Shown here: piece by piece, positions 1 through 11,997 of the stretch | Numbering within the stretch: the first letter of the stretch is position 1 | How the letters are laid out: each line of letters opens with the position of its first letter | Assembly (NCBI GenBank): GCA_030698575.1 | Contig: JAUYMQ010000100.1 | Coordinates: forward strand, 1 to 32,166 | Source: Deltaproteobacteria bacterium | GTDB taxonomy: Bacteria > JAUYMQ01 | Length of the DNA stretch: 32,166 bases | Direction: 5' to 3' | Made by a program: the position numbers and the translations under genes | Notes under the pieces: generated by a model | Database searches by the model: none | Seen by the model: the letters and a program-made list of their open reading frames with translations, nothing else | Told to the model about the DNA's origin: nothing

Positions 1-1
1 A

Positions 2-1072
2 GAGGCCCTCGCCGAACGGGGGCACGATGTGCGCCTGGCGGCATACGCCGGCGGCGAGCGGCTCGCCTGCCGCGTCCCGATCCGCCGCATTCCGTCGCTT
101 CCGGGCGCCGGGCGCCTGCGCTCGGGACCCTCTCTCGCGAAGCCCCTGCTCGACGGGGCGCTTCTCTTCACGGTCCGCAGGCTGGCCCGCGAGTTTCGCC
201 CCGACGTCATTCACGCGCACAACTTCGAGGGAGCGGCCGTCGCGCTGGTCTCCGGCGCCGCGCCGGTCGTGTATCACGCCCACGGTCTCCTTTCGGCGGA
301 GTTGCCGGTCTACCTGCCGCAACTGTTCTCCACCGCGTCCCGCCTGCTCGGCGCAGCGGTCGACCGGTCACTCCCGCGCCGCGCGGCGGCCACGGTCGCG
401 CTCACCGGGGCTGCGGCGCGGGCCCTCGTCGCAGCAGGCGCGCCGGCACGCCGCGTTCACGTCATCCCGCCGGGAATCGCCGTGACGGCGGTCGATGTCG
501 CGGCGTCTGCGGCGCTCCGGGCCCGGTTCGTGGGCCCGGCGGAGTCGCTGTTGGTCTACGCCGGTAACGCGGATGCCTACCAGGAGATCGGGACATTGCT
601 CGACGTCGCGGCGATGCCCGGCTCTCCGACCGAGGCGCGCTATGTCTTCGCCCTCACGGGCGGCGCCCGGGATCTGCCGGCCGCGGCCCGGGCGCGAGGG
701 CTCGAAGGCCGCGTGCATTTTCTCGATTCAGACTGGGAGGAAACGGCACAGCTCCTCGCGGCTTGTGACGCTGCCGTCGTTCCGCGCTCCGATCCCCACG
801 GCTTTCCCATGAAGCTTCTGAACGTTCTCGCGCTGGGCGCGCCGGCGATCGTCCACCGCGGATGCGCGCACGGACTCGAGGACGGGGTGAACGCGCTCGT
901 TGCGGATGGCGCGGAAGGTTTCGCGCGCGCTCTCGGGCGAGTCTTGGATGATCGGGCGGGGGCGCGCCGCATCGGCGAGGCTGGCCGCCGCCACGCGCGA
1001 AAGCACCACGCCTGGGATGATCTCGCCCCGCGACTGGAGGCGGTGCTGGCGGATGCGGCGGCCGCGGGCTAG
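2..1072 (+). CDS. Glycosyltransferase family 4 (GT-B fold), 5'-truncated
   Basis: Frame is open from the window edge (EALAERGHDVRL..., a typical GT4 N-terminal motif). Contains RPDVIHAHN, VVYHAHG, VHVIPPGI and GFPMKLLNVLALGAP; stop TAG at 1070-1072. Confidence 0.85.
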   Translation, partial: EALAERGHDVRLAAYAGGERLACRVPIRRIPSLPGAGRLRSGPSLAKPLLDGALLFTVRRLAREFRPDVIHAHNFEGAAVALVSGAAPVVYHAHGLLSAELPVYLPQLFSTASRLLGAAVDRSLPRRAAATVALTGAAARALVAAGAPARRVHVIPPGIAVTAVDVAASAALRARFVGPAESLLVYAGNADAYQEIGTLLDVAAMPGSPTEARYVFALTGGARDLPAAARARGLEGRVHFLDSDWEETAQLLAACDAAVVPRSDPHGFPMKLLNVLALGAPAIVHRGCAHGLEDGVNALVADGAEGFARALGRVLDDRAGARRIGEAGRRHARKHHAWDDLAPRLEAVLADAAAAG

Positions 1073-1210
1073 CGTTGGCCGACAGAAGCCTGGCAGCAGG
1101 TCCGAGTCCGGGCCCCCCTCCCTTGAATCCTTCGCATGGGGAGGGCGGGCGGTGGGCGAGGGCCTAGATCCGTTGGGCCGGGCCCGGATGGCCCAGGATG
1201 AGAATCTCAA

Positions 1211-4200
1211 TTGGCGCGTGAAGACCCACTGAAGAATCTGCTCGACGAGGCGCTGGAGGGGCGCGGCCCCTTGCGCCTCACGGGCCTGGCCGGCTCAGCC
1301 GGGGCCTATCTGCTCGCGCGGCTCCTGGCTCATCGGGGGATGGGCGGCCGCGGGCCGCTACTCGCCCTCTTTCCCGACGCCGAGGCCGCGGTCACCTTCA
1401 CCCAGGATCTTCGCTTCTTTGCTCGCGAGGCCGGGCTTCCTGACGCCACGTCGCGCATCCTCCATCTCCCGCCCTGGGAGATACTCCCTTACGACCGCCT
1501 TTCACCTCACCGCGGAACCTCCTTCGACCGGCTCACCGTCCTCGCGCGGCTCGCAGTCCCGCCGCCCACGCCCCGGGGGCCCGAGGGAACAGTCCTCGCG
1601 GTGATCACCGATGCGCGCTCACTGGCCCAGCGGGTGATGGCACCCGAGGCGCTCCGACGCGCGGCTTTCGATCTGGAGGTCGGCCAGGAGATTGATCGGG
1701 ATCAGCTCCTCGCGCGCTTGACGGTGTCGGGCTACAGCGGGGGTCCGCTTGCCGAAACCCGCGGGGAGTTCAGCGCGCGCGGCGGTCTCGTGGACGTCTT
1801 TCCCATCGACGCGGCGGATCCAGTCCGCATCGAGCTGGACGCCGACCGTATCGAGCGCTTCCGCCCCTACGATCCCGAGACGCAGCGCAGCCTCACCGGG
1901 CGGGCGGCCGCCGGGCGTGGGGTTTCCAGCGAACGGATACAGATCCTTCCCGCCCGCGAAGTCGTTTTTGACCACGACACGGTGGGCCGGTCGAAGGAGG
2001 CCGTCCGCGTGCGCCTGTCGGATCTCGGCTTCACGCTCGAGCAGCGCGTCGAGGTGCTTTCCGATCTCGAGCGCGCCATTTACCATCCCGGGGCCGAGTT
2101 CCTGCTTCCATTGCTCGACCCACCGGCCGTGCCCGTCACCGCCTATCTCGGCGCGCGGCCCATCCAGATCCTGTTCGAGCCGATCGAAATCGAAACAGCG
2201 CTCGAAAAACACGCGGAGGAGATCGCCCGCGGCCTCGAGCGCGCCAGGGAGAGCGGCCATCTCTACCTGGAGCCGGGCGCACTGTGGCGCACGCCGGCGG
2301 AGGTGCTCCGCGATCTTCCCGCGGCCCGCATCGAGGTCTCGGCCCTGCAGATCGACACCGCCGCGGATGCGGCCTCGGGCGAGGAGACGCCAGGCGGGCG
2401 GAGGCTCACCTTCGAGGGGAATGCCGATCTCCGATTGAAGCTCGAGGAGAGCCACACGAAGGCCCACCCCCTGCTTCCCCTCGCGCAAGCGATGGAGGCC
2501 TGGCGTGACGAGGGCGACGCGATCGTTCTCGTTGCAACCACCGTGGGAAGCGCGGACCGGCTGCGCCGCCTGCTCGAGGGGTACCGCCTGGAACTCCCGG
2601 TCTGGACGGACGGATCGCCCGTGGAAACAAGCGCGGGCGAGGGGCTCCGGGCCGGCATCGCGCTGGGGCCGCTCTCGGCGGGATTCCGGTTTCCGCAAGG
2701 CCGGCTGGCGCTCGTTACGGAGGCGGAGATCTTCGGGCCCCGGCGCCGCATGCACGGGCGCGCTACCCGGCGCGAGCAGGTCGCCGAAGCTTTCGGCACG
2801 CGCCTGGAGGATCTCAAGGCTGGCGACTATCTCGTTCACCGGGACCATGGCGTGGCGCGCTACCACGGGCTCGTCCATCTGGCTGTGGGCGAGGAGGAAG
2901 GCGATTTTCTCCAGCTCGAGTTCGCCGCCAACGACCGGCTCTATCTCCCCGTCCGGCGCGTTCACCTCGTGCAGCGTTACGTGGGGGCGGACGATGCAAC
3001 GCCGCGGGTCGACCGGCTTGGCGGCACGGCGTTCCTGCGGGCGAAGGGCAAGGCGGCGCAAGCAGTGCGAGCGATGGCGCGGGAGCTCCTGGAGGTGCAC
3101 GCCGCGCGTAAGGTGCTCCGGCGGAAATCCTACGGCCCCGCAGATGAATCCTACGAGGAATTCGAAGCGCGTTTTCCCTACGAGGAGACGCCGGATCAGC
3201 AGAAGGCAATCGATGAGACGCTGGCCGATCTCGAGAGTCCCCGCCCGATGGATCGGCTGGTGTGCGGCGACGTGGGCTACGGCAAGACCGAGGTGGCGAT
3301 GCGCGCCGCCTTCAGGGTGGTCGGCGCGGGGAGGCAGGTGGCGCTTCTGGTCCCCACGACCATTCTCGCGCTCCAGCACCATCAGACTTTCAGCGAGCGC
3401 TTCAAGGACTACCCGGTCGTTATCGAGGAGCTGTCGCGCTTCAAGTCGGCGAAGGCGCAGAAGGAGATCATCGCGCGGCTGGCCGAAGGCAAGGTGGACA
3501 TTGTCGTGGGAACCCACAGGCTTCTCGCCAAGGACGTCGCCTACAAAGATCTGGGCCTGCTCGTCGTGGATGAGGAGCAGCGATTCGGCGTCCGGCACAA
3601 GGAGCAGATCAAGCAGTCGCGGAAGCTCGTGGATGTGCTCACCCTCACCGCCACGCCAATCCCCCGAACGCTGCACATGTCGCTCGTCGGCCTCCGGGAT
3701 CTGTCGGTGATCAACACGCCGCCCGAGGACAGGCTGGCCATCCGCACGTTCGTGATGCACTGGGATGAGGGAACGGTCGCCGAGGCGATCCGGCGCGAGC
3801 GCGCCCGGGGCGGGCAGGTCTTCTTCGTCCACAACCGCGTGCGCACAATCATGGAGGCAGCCGACGGCCTGAAGAGGATGGTGCCGGAAGCCAGGGTGGT
3901 CGTAGCGCACGGCCAGATGCATGAACGCCAGCTCGAGCGGGTGATGCTCACCTTCCGGCGGGGCATGGCGGACGTTCTTGTTTCGACCTCGATCATCGAG
4001 AACGGCCTCGATCTTCCGAACGTCAACACGCTGCTCATGGAGCGCGCCGACCGATTCGGGCTGGCGCAGCTCTATCAGATGCGCGGCCGCGTGGGGCGCG
4101 GATCGCACCGCGCCTACGCCTACTTCTTTGTCCCCCGGGCCACGTCGATCAGCCGCGACGCGCGCAAGCGCCTGGCCGCGCTCCAGGAGCTTGTGGAGCT

Positions 4201-4801
4201 GGGTTCGGCGTTCAAGCTGGCGGCGCACGATCTCGAGATCCGGGGTGCGGGGAACCTTCTGGGTGCTGACCAGTCGGGGCACATCGCGGCGGTTGGCTAC
4301 GAGATGTTCGCCGAGCTGCTCGAGCGAGCCGTCCGCGAGATGCAGGGCGAGACCGTCGAGGAAGAGGTCGAAGTCGAGATTGACCTGAAGATCCCTGCGT
4401 TCATCCCGGAGGGCTACGTCGCCGACACGAGTCAGCGCCTCGCGGCCTACCGGCGGCTGTCGCTCGCGGGGAACGAGGAGGACGTCGGCGAGATCGAATG
4501 GGATCTGGCCGATCGCTACGGGGCGCTGCCTGAGGAGGCACTTTATCTCCTCGGCGCGGTTCGGGTGCGGCTGCTGGCGCGCTCCCTTGGCGTCAAGACG
4601 GTCGAGCGGCACGGCCGTGAACTGGTCGTGACCTGGAGCGATCCCGGGAAGGTCAGTTCCGGGCGGATCGTCGAGATGGTCCGCGACTCGGAGGGCGAAC
4701 TGCGGCTTTTGCCCGACAACCGCCTGCGGCTCTACATGCCGGGCAAAGCCCCGAAAACAGTGCTAGAATCCGCCAAAAACCTATTGCAAAGCGTCAGTTA
4801 G
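1211..4801 (+). CDS. mfd: Transcription-repair coupling factor
   Basis: UvrB-homology region (GEFSARGGLVDVFP), CarD-like RID (GDYLVHRDHGVARY), helicase motifs DRLVCGDVGYGKTEVA, DEEQRFGV, TATPIPRTL, QMRGRVGR, and TRG motif DLEIRGAGNLLG. TTG start is approximate. Confidence 0.98.
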   Translation: MAREDPLKNLLDEALEGRGPLRLTGLAGSAGAYLLARLLAHRGMGGRGPLLALFPDAEAAVTFTQDLRFFAREAGLPDATSRILHLPPWEILPYDRLSPHRGTSFDRLTVLARLAVPPPTPRGPEGTVLAVITDARSLAQRVMAPEALRRAAFDLEVGQEIDRDQLLARLTVSGYSGGPLAETRGEFSARGGLVDVFPIDAADPVRIELDADRIERFRPYDPETQRSLTGRAAAGRGVSSERIQILPAREVVFDHDTVGRSKEAVRVRLSDLGFTLEQRVEVLSDLERAIYHPGAEFLLPLLDPPAVPVTAYLGARPIQILFEPIEIETALEKHAEEIARGLERARESGHLYLEPGALWRTPAEVLRDLPAARIEVSALQIDTAADAASGEETPGGRRLTFEGNADLRLKLEESHTKAHPLLPLAQAMEAWRDEGDAIVLVATTVGSADRLRRLLEGYRLELPVWTDGSPVETSAGEGLRAGIALGPLSAGFRFPQGRLALVTEAEIFGPRRRMHGRATRREQVAEAFGTRLEDLKAGDYLVHRDHGVARYHGLVHLAVGEEEGDFLQLEFAANDRLYLPVRRVHLVQRYVGADDATPRVDRLGGTAFLRAKGKAAQAVRAMARELLEVHAARKVLRRKSYGPADESYEEFEARFPYEETPDQQKAIDETLADLESPRPMDRLVCGDVGYGKTEVAMRAAFRVVGAGRQVALLVPTTILALQHHQTFSERFKDYPVVIEELSRFKSAKAQKEIIARLAEGKVDIVVGTHRLLAKDVAYKDLGLLVVDEEQRFGVRHKEQIKQSRKLVDVLTLTATPIPRTLHMSLVGLRDLSVINTPPEDRLAIRTFVMHWDEGTVAEAIRRERARGGQVFFVHNRVRTIMEAADGLKRMVPEARVVVAHGQMHERQLERVMLTFRRGMADVLVSTSIIENGLDLPNVNTLLMERADRFGLAQLYQMRGRVGRGSHRAYAYFFVPRATSISRDARKRLAALQELVELGSAFKLAAHDLEIRGAGNLLGADQSGHIAAVGYEMFAELLERAVREMQGETVEEEVEVEIDLKIPAFIPEGYVADTSQRLAAYRRLSLAGNEEDVGEIEWDLADRYGALPEEALYLLGAVRVRLLARSLGVKTVERHGRELVVTWSDPGKVSSGRIVEMVRDSEGELRLLPDNRLRLYMPGKAPKTVLESAKNLLQSVS

Positions 4802-4812
4802 GCTGGTAGGGT
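4784..4812 (+). promoter_or_regulatory. Putative sigma70 promoter embedded in the mfd 3' end
   Basis: TTGCAA(4784-4789)-N17-TAGGGT(4807-4812) with extended -10 TG and an A-tract upstream; about 70 bp before the PPIase ATG. Confidence 0.55.
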
Positions 4813-4881
4813 CGGCGCCTCGCGAAACGTCTTCCGACCCCGTCTATCCTGATATGACCCTCCATCCACAGAGGAACGATC

Positions 4882-5886
4882 ATGTCGCGCTTTTTTCGAT
4901 CTGGCTTGATGGCAGTGGTGATCCTGAACATCGCTCTGGCGCTTTTCGCGTGCAGCCCCGACAAGGGGGGCGAGGAAGCCTCCCGGGAGGAAGGCGGGGG
5001 TGAGGTGGTGGCTTCCTACGGAGGCCACAAGCTCACGCTCGAGGAATTCGAGGCGGAGGTGAACAAGCTCCCGGAGCAGGTGAGGCCCATGCTTTCATCG
5101 CCCGATCGGCGCAAGCAGTTTCTGGAGACCTTCATCCTTAGCCAGCTCCTGATCGACGAGGCCAGGAAGAAGGGGCTCGACAAGGATGAGGAGATACGCA
5201 CCCAGGTCGAAGAGACCGAGAAGCGGCTTCTCCTCCAGCGCGCCTACGGCGACCTCCAGCAGGCCGTCGCCGTCAACGACGAGGAGATCAACGCGTATTT
5301 CAACGCGAATCCCGACGAGTTCTCCACGTCGGAAATACGGGCGAGTCACATTCTCGTCGAGGACGAGGCCACGGCGAAGGACCTGTTGACCAAGGCGAAG
5401 GCCAACCCGGACTCCTTCGAGAAACTCGCCAAGGAGTATTCGAAGGACACCGCCACCGCGTCCAACGGCGGCGATCTCGGCTTCTTCGGCCGCGGGCGGA
5501 TGGTGCCCGACTTCGAGGATGCCGCCTTCGTCCTGGTCGAGCCGGGCGAAATCTCGGAGGTGGTGAAGAGCCCCTTCGGCTACCACATCATCAAGCTGAC
5601 CGAGAAGAAGGAAGGCGAGAAGAAGCCCCTCGACCAGGTGAAGGAGCAGATTCGCGTCAAGCTTCTGCAGCAAAAGCAGGAGAAGAGCGTCGAGGAGTAT
5701 TTCGAGAAGCTGAAGGCCGACAACCAGGTGCGGATCAACGACGAGGTCCTTGCCAAGCTTTCCAATGCGCCTGCGGGCGCCGGGCAGTCGTATCTGCCAG
5801 GGGTTGGCGGCGGAGATGAGGCTCCGGAAGCCGGTGAAGCGCCCACGGAGGCGCCGGCGGAAGGTCCGGCGGAGGGGCAAGAGTGA
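4882..5886 (+). CDS. PrsA/PpiC-type parvulin peptidyl-prolyl isomerase lipoprotein
   Basis: SD GAGGA; lipobox LALFA-C; parvulin motifs IRASHILV, GGDLGFF, MVPDFE, SPFGYHII; acidic EAP/EGP-repeat tail. Confidence 0.9.
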   Translation: MSRFFRSGLMAVVILNIALALFACSPDKGGEEASREEGGGEVVASYGGHKLTLEEFEAEVNKLPEQVRPMLSSPDRRKQFLETFILSQLLIDEARKKGLDKDEEIRTQVEETEKRLLLQRAYGDLQQAVAVNDEEINAYFNANPDEFSTSEIRASHILVEDEATAKDLLTKAKANPDSFEKLAKEYSKDTATASNGGDLGFFGRGRMVPDFEDAAFVLVEPGEISEVVKSPFGYHIIKLTEKKEGEKKPLDQVKEQIRVKLLQQKQEKSVEEYFEKLKADNQVRINDEVLAKLSNAPAGAGQSYLPGVGGGDEAPEAGEAPTEAPAEGPAEGQE

Positions 5887-6878
5887 CCGAGAGGCGCAGG
5901 GGACCACGCATTCGAGTCCGCACGCTTCCAGCCCTGGCGGTGCTGTTGCAAGCGCTTCTCTGGGCGGCGCCTTCCGGGGGCGAGATCGTCGACGGCGTGG
6001 CCGCCATCGTAAACGACGACATCATCACGCTGAGCGAGGTCGACGCGGCGGGCGCGCCGATCTACCAGGAGATCATGAGGCGGTACGGCGACGAGGCGCA
6101 ACCCGAGATCGCGCGGGCCCGGCGTGAGGTGCTCGATCAGCTAATCAATCAGAAGTTGATGGAGCAGGTGATCGAAAAGTACGACATCACCGCCAGCGAG
6201 GGAGAGATCGACACTGCCATTGAGGACGTGAAGCGGCAGAACGGGATCACTCACGCAGATCTCCTGGAGGCGCTCCAGCGCGAGGGGATCACGTACGACG
6301 AATACCGCGACCAGGTGACGAAACAGATCCAGCGGACCAAACTCATGCGCCGCCAGGTTCGTGGCACGAAGGACACAAGCGACGCCGGCGCGCGCAAGTA
6401 CTACGACGAGAACCCTGAACTCTTCCAGCTGGGTGAGGAAGCGATGGTGGCGCATATTCTCATCGCCACGCCGCCTGCCGCACCGCCCGAGGAGAGGGCG
6501 GCGGCGCGAAAGAAAGCCGCGGCGGCCCTGGCAAGGCTGAATTCGGGGGAGGATTTCGGCGAGCTGGCCAAGAAGGTTTCGGCAGGCCCGACGGCGGCCC
6601 AGGGCGGTTCTCTCGGCTACATTCGCCGGGGGGACACGGTGCCGGATTTCGAGGACGCGGTCTTCTCGATGAAGAAGGGCGAGACGAGCGGGGTGGTGGA
6701 GACCAAGATCGGCTACCACGTCATTCGCGTCGAGGACAAGAAGCCTTCCCGCACCATCAGCTTCGAGGAGTCGAAAGAATCGATCAAGCGCCGGATGGCG
6801 CAGGAGGAGATCGAGACCGATTTTCAGGAGTGGCTCGAAAAGCTTCGAACCAGCGCATACGTCGAAAAGAAATTGTAA
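5883..6878 (+). CDS. surA: SurA-like periplasmic chaperone with a single parvulin domain
   Basis: Signal peptide followed by EIVDGVAAIVNDDIITLSE (SurA N-terminal motif); VAHILI, GGSLGY, GYHVI; GTGA overlap with the upstream gene; directly upstream of pdxA. Confidence 0.8.
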   Translation: MTERRRGPRIRVRTLPALAVLLQALLWAAPSGGEIVDGVAAIVNDDIITLSEVDAAGAPIYQEIMRRYGDEAQPEIARARREVLDQLINQKLMEQVIEKYDITASEGEIDTAIEDVKRQNGITHADLLEALQREGITYDEYRDQVTKQIQRTKLMRRQVRGTKDTSDAGARKYYDENPELFQLGEEAMVAHILIATPPAAPPEERAAARKKAAAALARLNSGEDFGELAKKVSAGPTAAQGGSLGYIRRGDTVPDFEDAVFSMKKGETSGVVETKIGYHVIRVEDKKPSRTISFEESKESIKRRMAQEEIETDFQEWLEKLRTSAYVEKKL

Positions 6879-6887
6879 CCCGGAACC

Positions 6888-6916
6888 GGGGGGCTTCGGC
6901 CCCTCGTTGCTTTTTT
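6888..6916 (+). terminator. Putative intrinsic terminator after surA
   Basis: GGGG-CTTCGG-CCCC hairpin (C-UUCG-G tetraloop) followed after a few nt by a T6 run. Confidence 0.55.
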
Positions 6917-6955
6917 GAACGCCGCCGTAGACGGGATGGCCAGGGAGGGCGCAGG

Positions 6956-7966
6956 ATGAAACCGCGGGTCGCCATCACGATGGGCGAGCCGGCCGGCGTC
7001 GGCCCGGAGGTGGTGGCGCGCGCCCTGGCGGACCGCCGGGTCTGGGAAGTCTGCGCCCCGATCGTAATCGGTCACCGGCGGCTTCTCGAGCAGGCGGCAA
7101 AGGCTCAGTCGCTCGAGGTGCGTTTCGTCGACGAGTTGCGCCCCCGCGCCGCAGCCGGGCCGGATGACGTGCCGGTGCTCCTGGGGGAGCTTTTTGATCC
7201 CGCGCTCGTGACCCCCGGCAAGCCGACCCCGGAGACTGGCCGTGCCGTCATTCGCTGGATCGAGGAAGCCGTGCGCCTGGCGCGCGGGGGAGAAGTGGAG
7301 GCGATGGCCACCGGTCCCATCGACAAGGCCGTGCTTAGCCGCGCGGGCTTCGGCTTCCCTGGCCACACGGAGTTCCTGGGCGCGCTCTGCGAGACTCCCC
7401 GGCCCGTCATGATGCTCGCGAGCCCTCGCCTGCGCGTGGTGCTCGCGACCATCCATATCCCTCTCTCGGCGGTTCCGGGACAGCTCGAGGCAGCCGATCT
7501 TCCGGGTCTTCTCCGGATCACTGATGCCGCCCTCAGGCGGGACTTCGCCCTCTCCCGGCCCCGCATTGCCGTGGCCGCCCTCAATCCGCACGGGGGCGAA
7601 GGCGGGATGTTCGGCGACGAGGAGGAGCGTCTCATCCGCCCCGCGGTGGAGGGCGCGCGCCGGGCCGGGATCGACGCCGTCGGACCCCTCCCGGCCGACA
7701 CACTTTTCTTTCATGCCCGCGAGGGGGCCTGGGACGCCGTGGTCTGCATGTACCACGATCAGGGCCTTATCCCGCTCAAGATGGACGGCTTCATGGAGGG
7801 AGTAAACGTGACGCTGGGCCTTCCCATCGTGAGGACCAGCGTCGATCACGGGACCGCCTACGACCTGGCGGGCACGGGCCGGGCGGATCCGGAAAGCCTC
7901 GTGGCGGCCCTCCGCATGGCCGCCGAGGTGGCTACCAATCGGGCTCGGATCGCCAAAAACTCTTGA
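6956..7966 (+). CDS. pdxA: 4-hydroxythreonine-4-phosphate dehydrogenase
   Basis: MKPRVAITMGEPAGVGPE, FPGHTEFL, ALNPHGGEGG, PADT, MYHDQGLIPLK, NVTLGLPIVRTSVDHGTAYD; SD GGAGG before ATG 6956. Confidence 0.96.
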   Translation: MKPRVAITMGEPAGVGPEVVARALADRRVWEVCAPIVIGHRRLLEQAAKAQSLEVRFVDELRPRAAAGPDDVPVLLGELFDPALVTPGKPTPETGRAVIRWIEEAVRLARGGEVEAMATGPIDKAVLSRAGFGFPGHTEFLGALCETPRPVMMLASPRLRVVLATIHIPLSAVPGQLEAADLPGLLRITDAALRRDFALSRPRIAVAALNPHGGEGGMFGDEEERLIRPAVEGARRAGIDAVGPLPADTLFFHAREGAWDAVVCMYHDQGLIPLKMDGFMEGVNVTLGLPIVRTSVDHGTAYDLAGTGRADPESLVAALRMAAEVATNRARIAKNS

Positions 7967-8002
7967 AAAATCCTTGATCTTTGTAAAGGGGCAAGGTATT
8001 TG
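7963..8002 (+). promoter_or_regulatory. Possible sigma70 promoter for the small acidic gene
   Basis: AT-rich patch; TTGATC(7974-7979)-N17-TATTTG(7997-8002), with an imperfect -10. Confidence 0.35.
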
Positions 8003-8125
8003 AGGGATGGTTTTCGAGGGGGAAGCCATCGCCGTCAACGCCGGAGCGGGCGCCCGCGCGCGACGCCGGCCACCTCTGGAGGGACACCCGCAGCGGCGCG
8101 GCGGGGGAGCCCGAGGGTAACGCAC

Positions 8126-8371
8126 ATGCTCAAGAAGGAAGACATCATCGCCCAGATCGACGCCCGCCTGAGGGGCGATATCGACGATGAGGAACTGGTC
8201 ACCTGGGCGCACCAATGTTTCCTGGACGACGACGCCGGCGAGAACGCCTACGACGAGGAGTGGGATGACGTGATCGACGATGTCGTCTACCGCCTCCAGG
8301 CCTCCGATGAGCCAGACAAGGAACTTTCGGAAGAGACGTTGAAAGAGCTGCGCCAGAAGCTGATCGAATAG
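8126..8371 (+). CDS. Small highly acidic hypothetical protein (81 aa)
   Basis: SD-like GAGG before ATG 8126; strong GC3 codon bias; helical-looking sequence with 27 D/E; terminator downstream. Confidence 0.8.
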   Translation: MLKKEDIIAQIDARLRGDIDDEELVTWAHQCFLDDDAGENAYDEEWDDVIDDVVYRLQASDEPDKELSEETLKELRQKLIE

Positions 8372-8396
8372 CGCGGCCTCCGGGACGGCGCGCGGC

Positions 8397-8424
8397 GGGG
8401 AGGGGCCATCAACCCCTCCCCTTT
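8397..8424 (+). terminator. Putative intrinsic terminator
   Basis: GGGGAGGGG-CCATCAA-CCCCTCCCC perfect 9-bp stem followed by TTT. Confidence 0.6.
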
Positions 8425-8471
8425 CGATTCCGGATCGGGCTCCCGGCTCGCGCCGCGGGCGCGGCCCCCTG

Positions 8472-8480
8472 TGCTAGACT
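8472..8480 (+). promoter_or_regulatory. Extended -10 promoter element (likely leaderless transcript)
   Basis: TGCTAGACT (TGn-TAGACT) ends 6 nt before ATG 8487; no SD is present. Confidence 0.55.
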
Positions 8481-8486
8481 GCCCCC

Positions 8487-9139
8487 ATGTGCCCCACCGA
8501 TCTCCCCCTTTTCGGCCGGTTCGCCGCCGATCACGGGCTCGCCACGAAGCCCGAGGGGTGCGTCATCCGCGAGGAGCAGGGGGGCGATGGCGAGCTTTTC
8601 ATCATTCCGCCCAATTCCGAGGTGATCTCCGGGGCGCAGCTGGCCTTCGCGATCGTCTGGGCAACCGTCTGGACTTCCGCCATTGCGATTTACGTCGCCG
8701 TCCCGAACGCCCACGGCGCGATCTTCAATTTCTTCGCGCTCCTGGCCGGGGTAGCAGGCGAGTATCTGGCGCTCTTCGTTCTCTACTCGGCGCTTGCCGC
8801 GCGCATGGCTGTCGAGCGGATCCTGGTGGGGCCCGGGGGCATCGCGCAGCAGATCCGCCTCGGGCCGCTCCGGCGCACCCGCCGAATCGCGCTCCCGCTT
8901 GTCCGCGAGTTCCGGGTCGACGCGTTTCCCGCGCCCCGGCGAGGGCCCCGCGGTTTCGCCGCCCGGCTCTACTTGCTTCACGGTGAACCGCCCGCCCCGG
9001 GAGCTCCCGGGAGCCGTCACGGCTTCCGCCCCCTTCCGATGGCCGAGGGCGCACGGGATGCCGACAAGGCCTGGCTCGCCTCCCGGCTGAACGAGCAACT
9101 CTGTACCTACCGACGCCGGAAGGAATCCCTGACGACCTG

Positions 9140-9140
<1 letters not shown>
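8487..9140 (+). CDS. Hypothetical membrane protein (2 TM helices plus a beta-rich, PH-like C-terminal domain)
   Basis: Hydrophobic segments [21 protein letters not shown] and [22 protein letters not shown]; its stop overlaps the uvrA start (TGATG). Confidence 0.7.
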
Positions 9141-11968
<2,828 letters not shown>

Positions 11969-11997
11969 GGGGGCCGCGCGAGGCCCCGGCCCTATCC

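Noticed and set aside
1619-4612. 997-aa minus-strand ORF
   Set aside because: Antisense shadow of mfd; long stop-free reverse frames are expected with high-GC3 codon bias, and it has no recognisable motifs.
5818-5883. 12-bp quasi-repeats at the end of the PPIase gene
   Set aside because: Explained by a low-complexity EAP/EGP protein tail.
8004-8045. Fluoride riboswitch (GGGATGG.. start)
   Set aside because: The expected pseudoknot pairing and downstream conserved segment are not evident, and the downstream gene is not a fluoride-related type.
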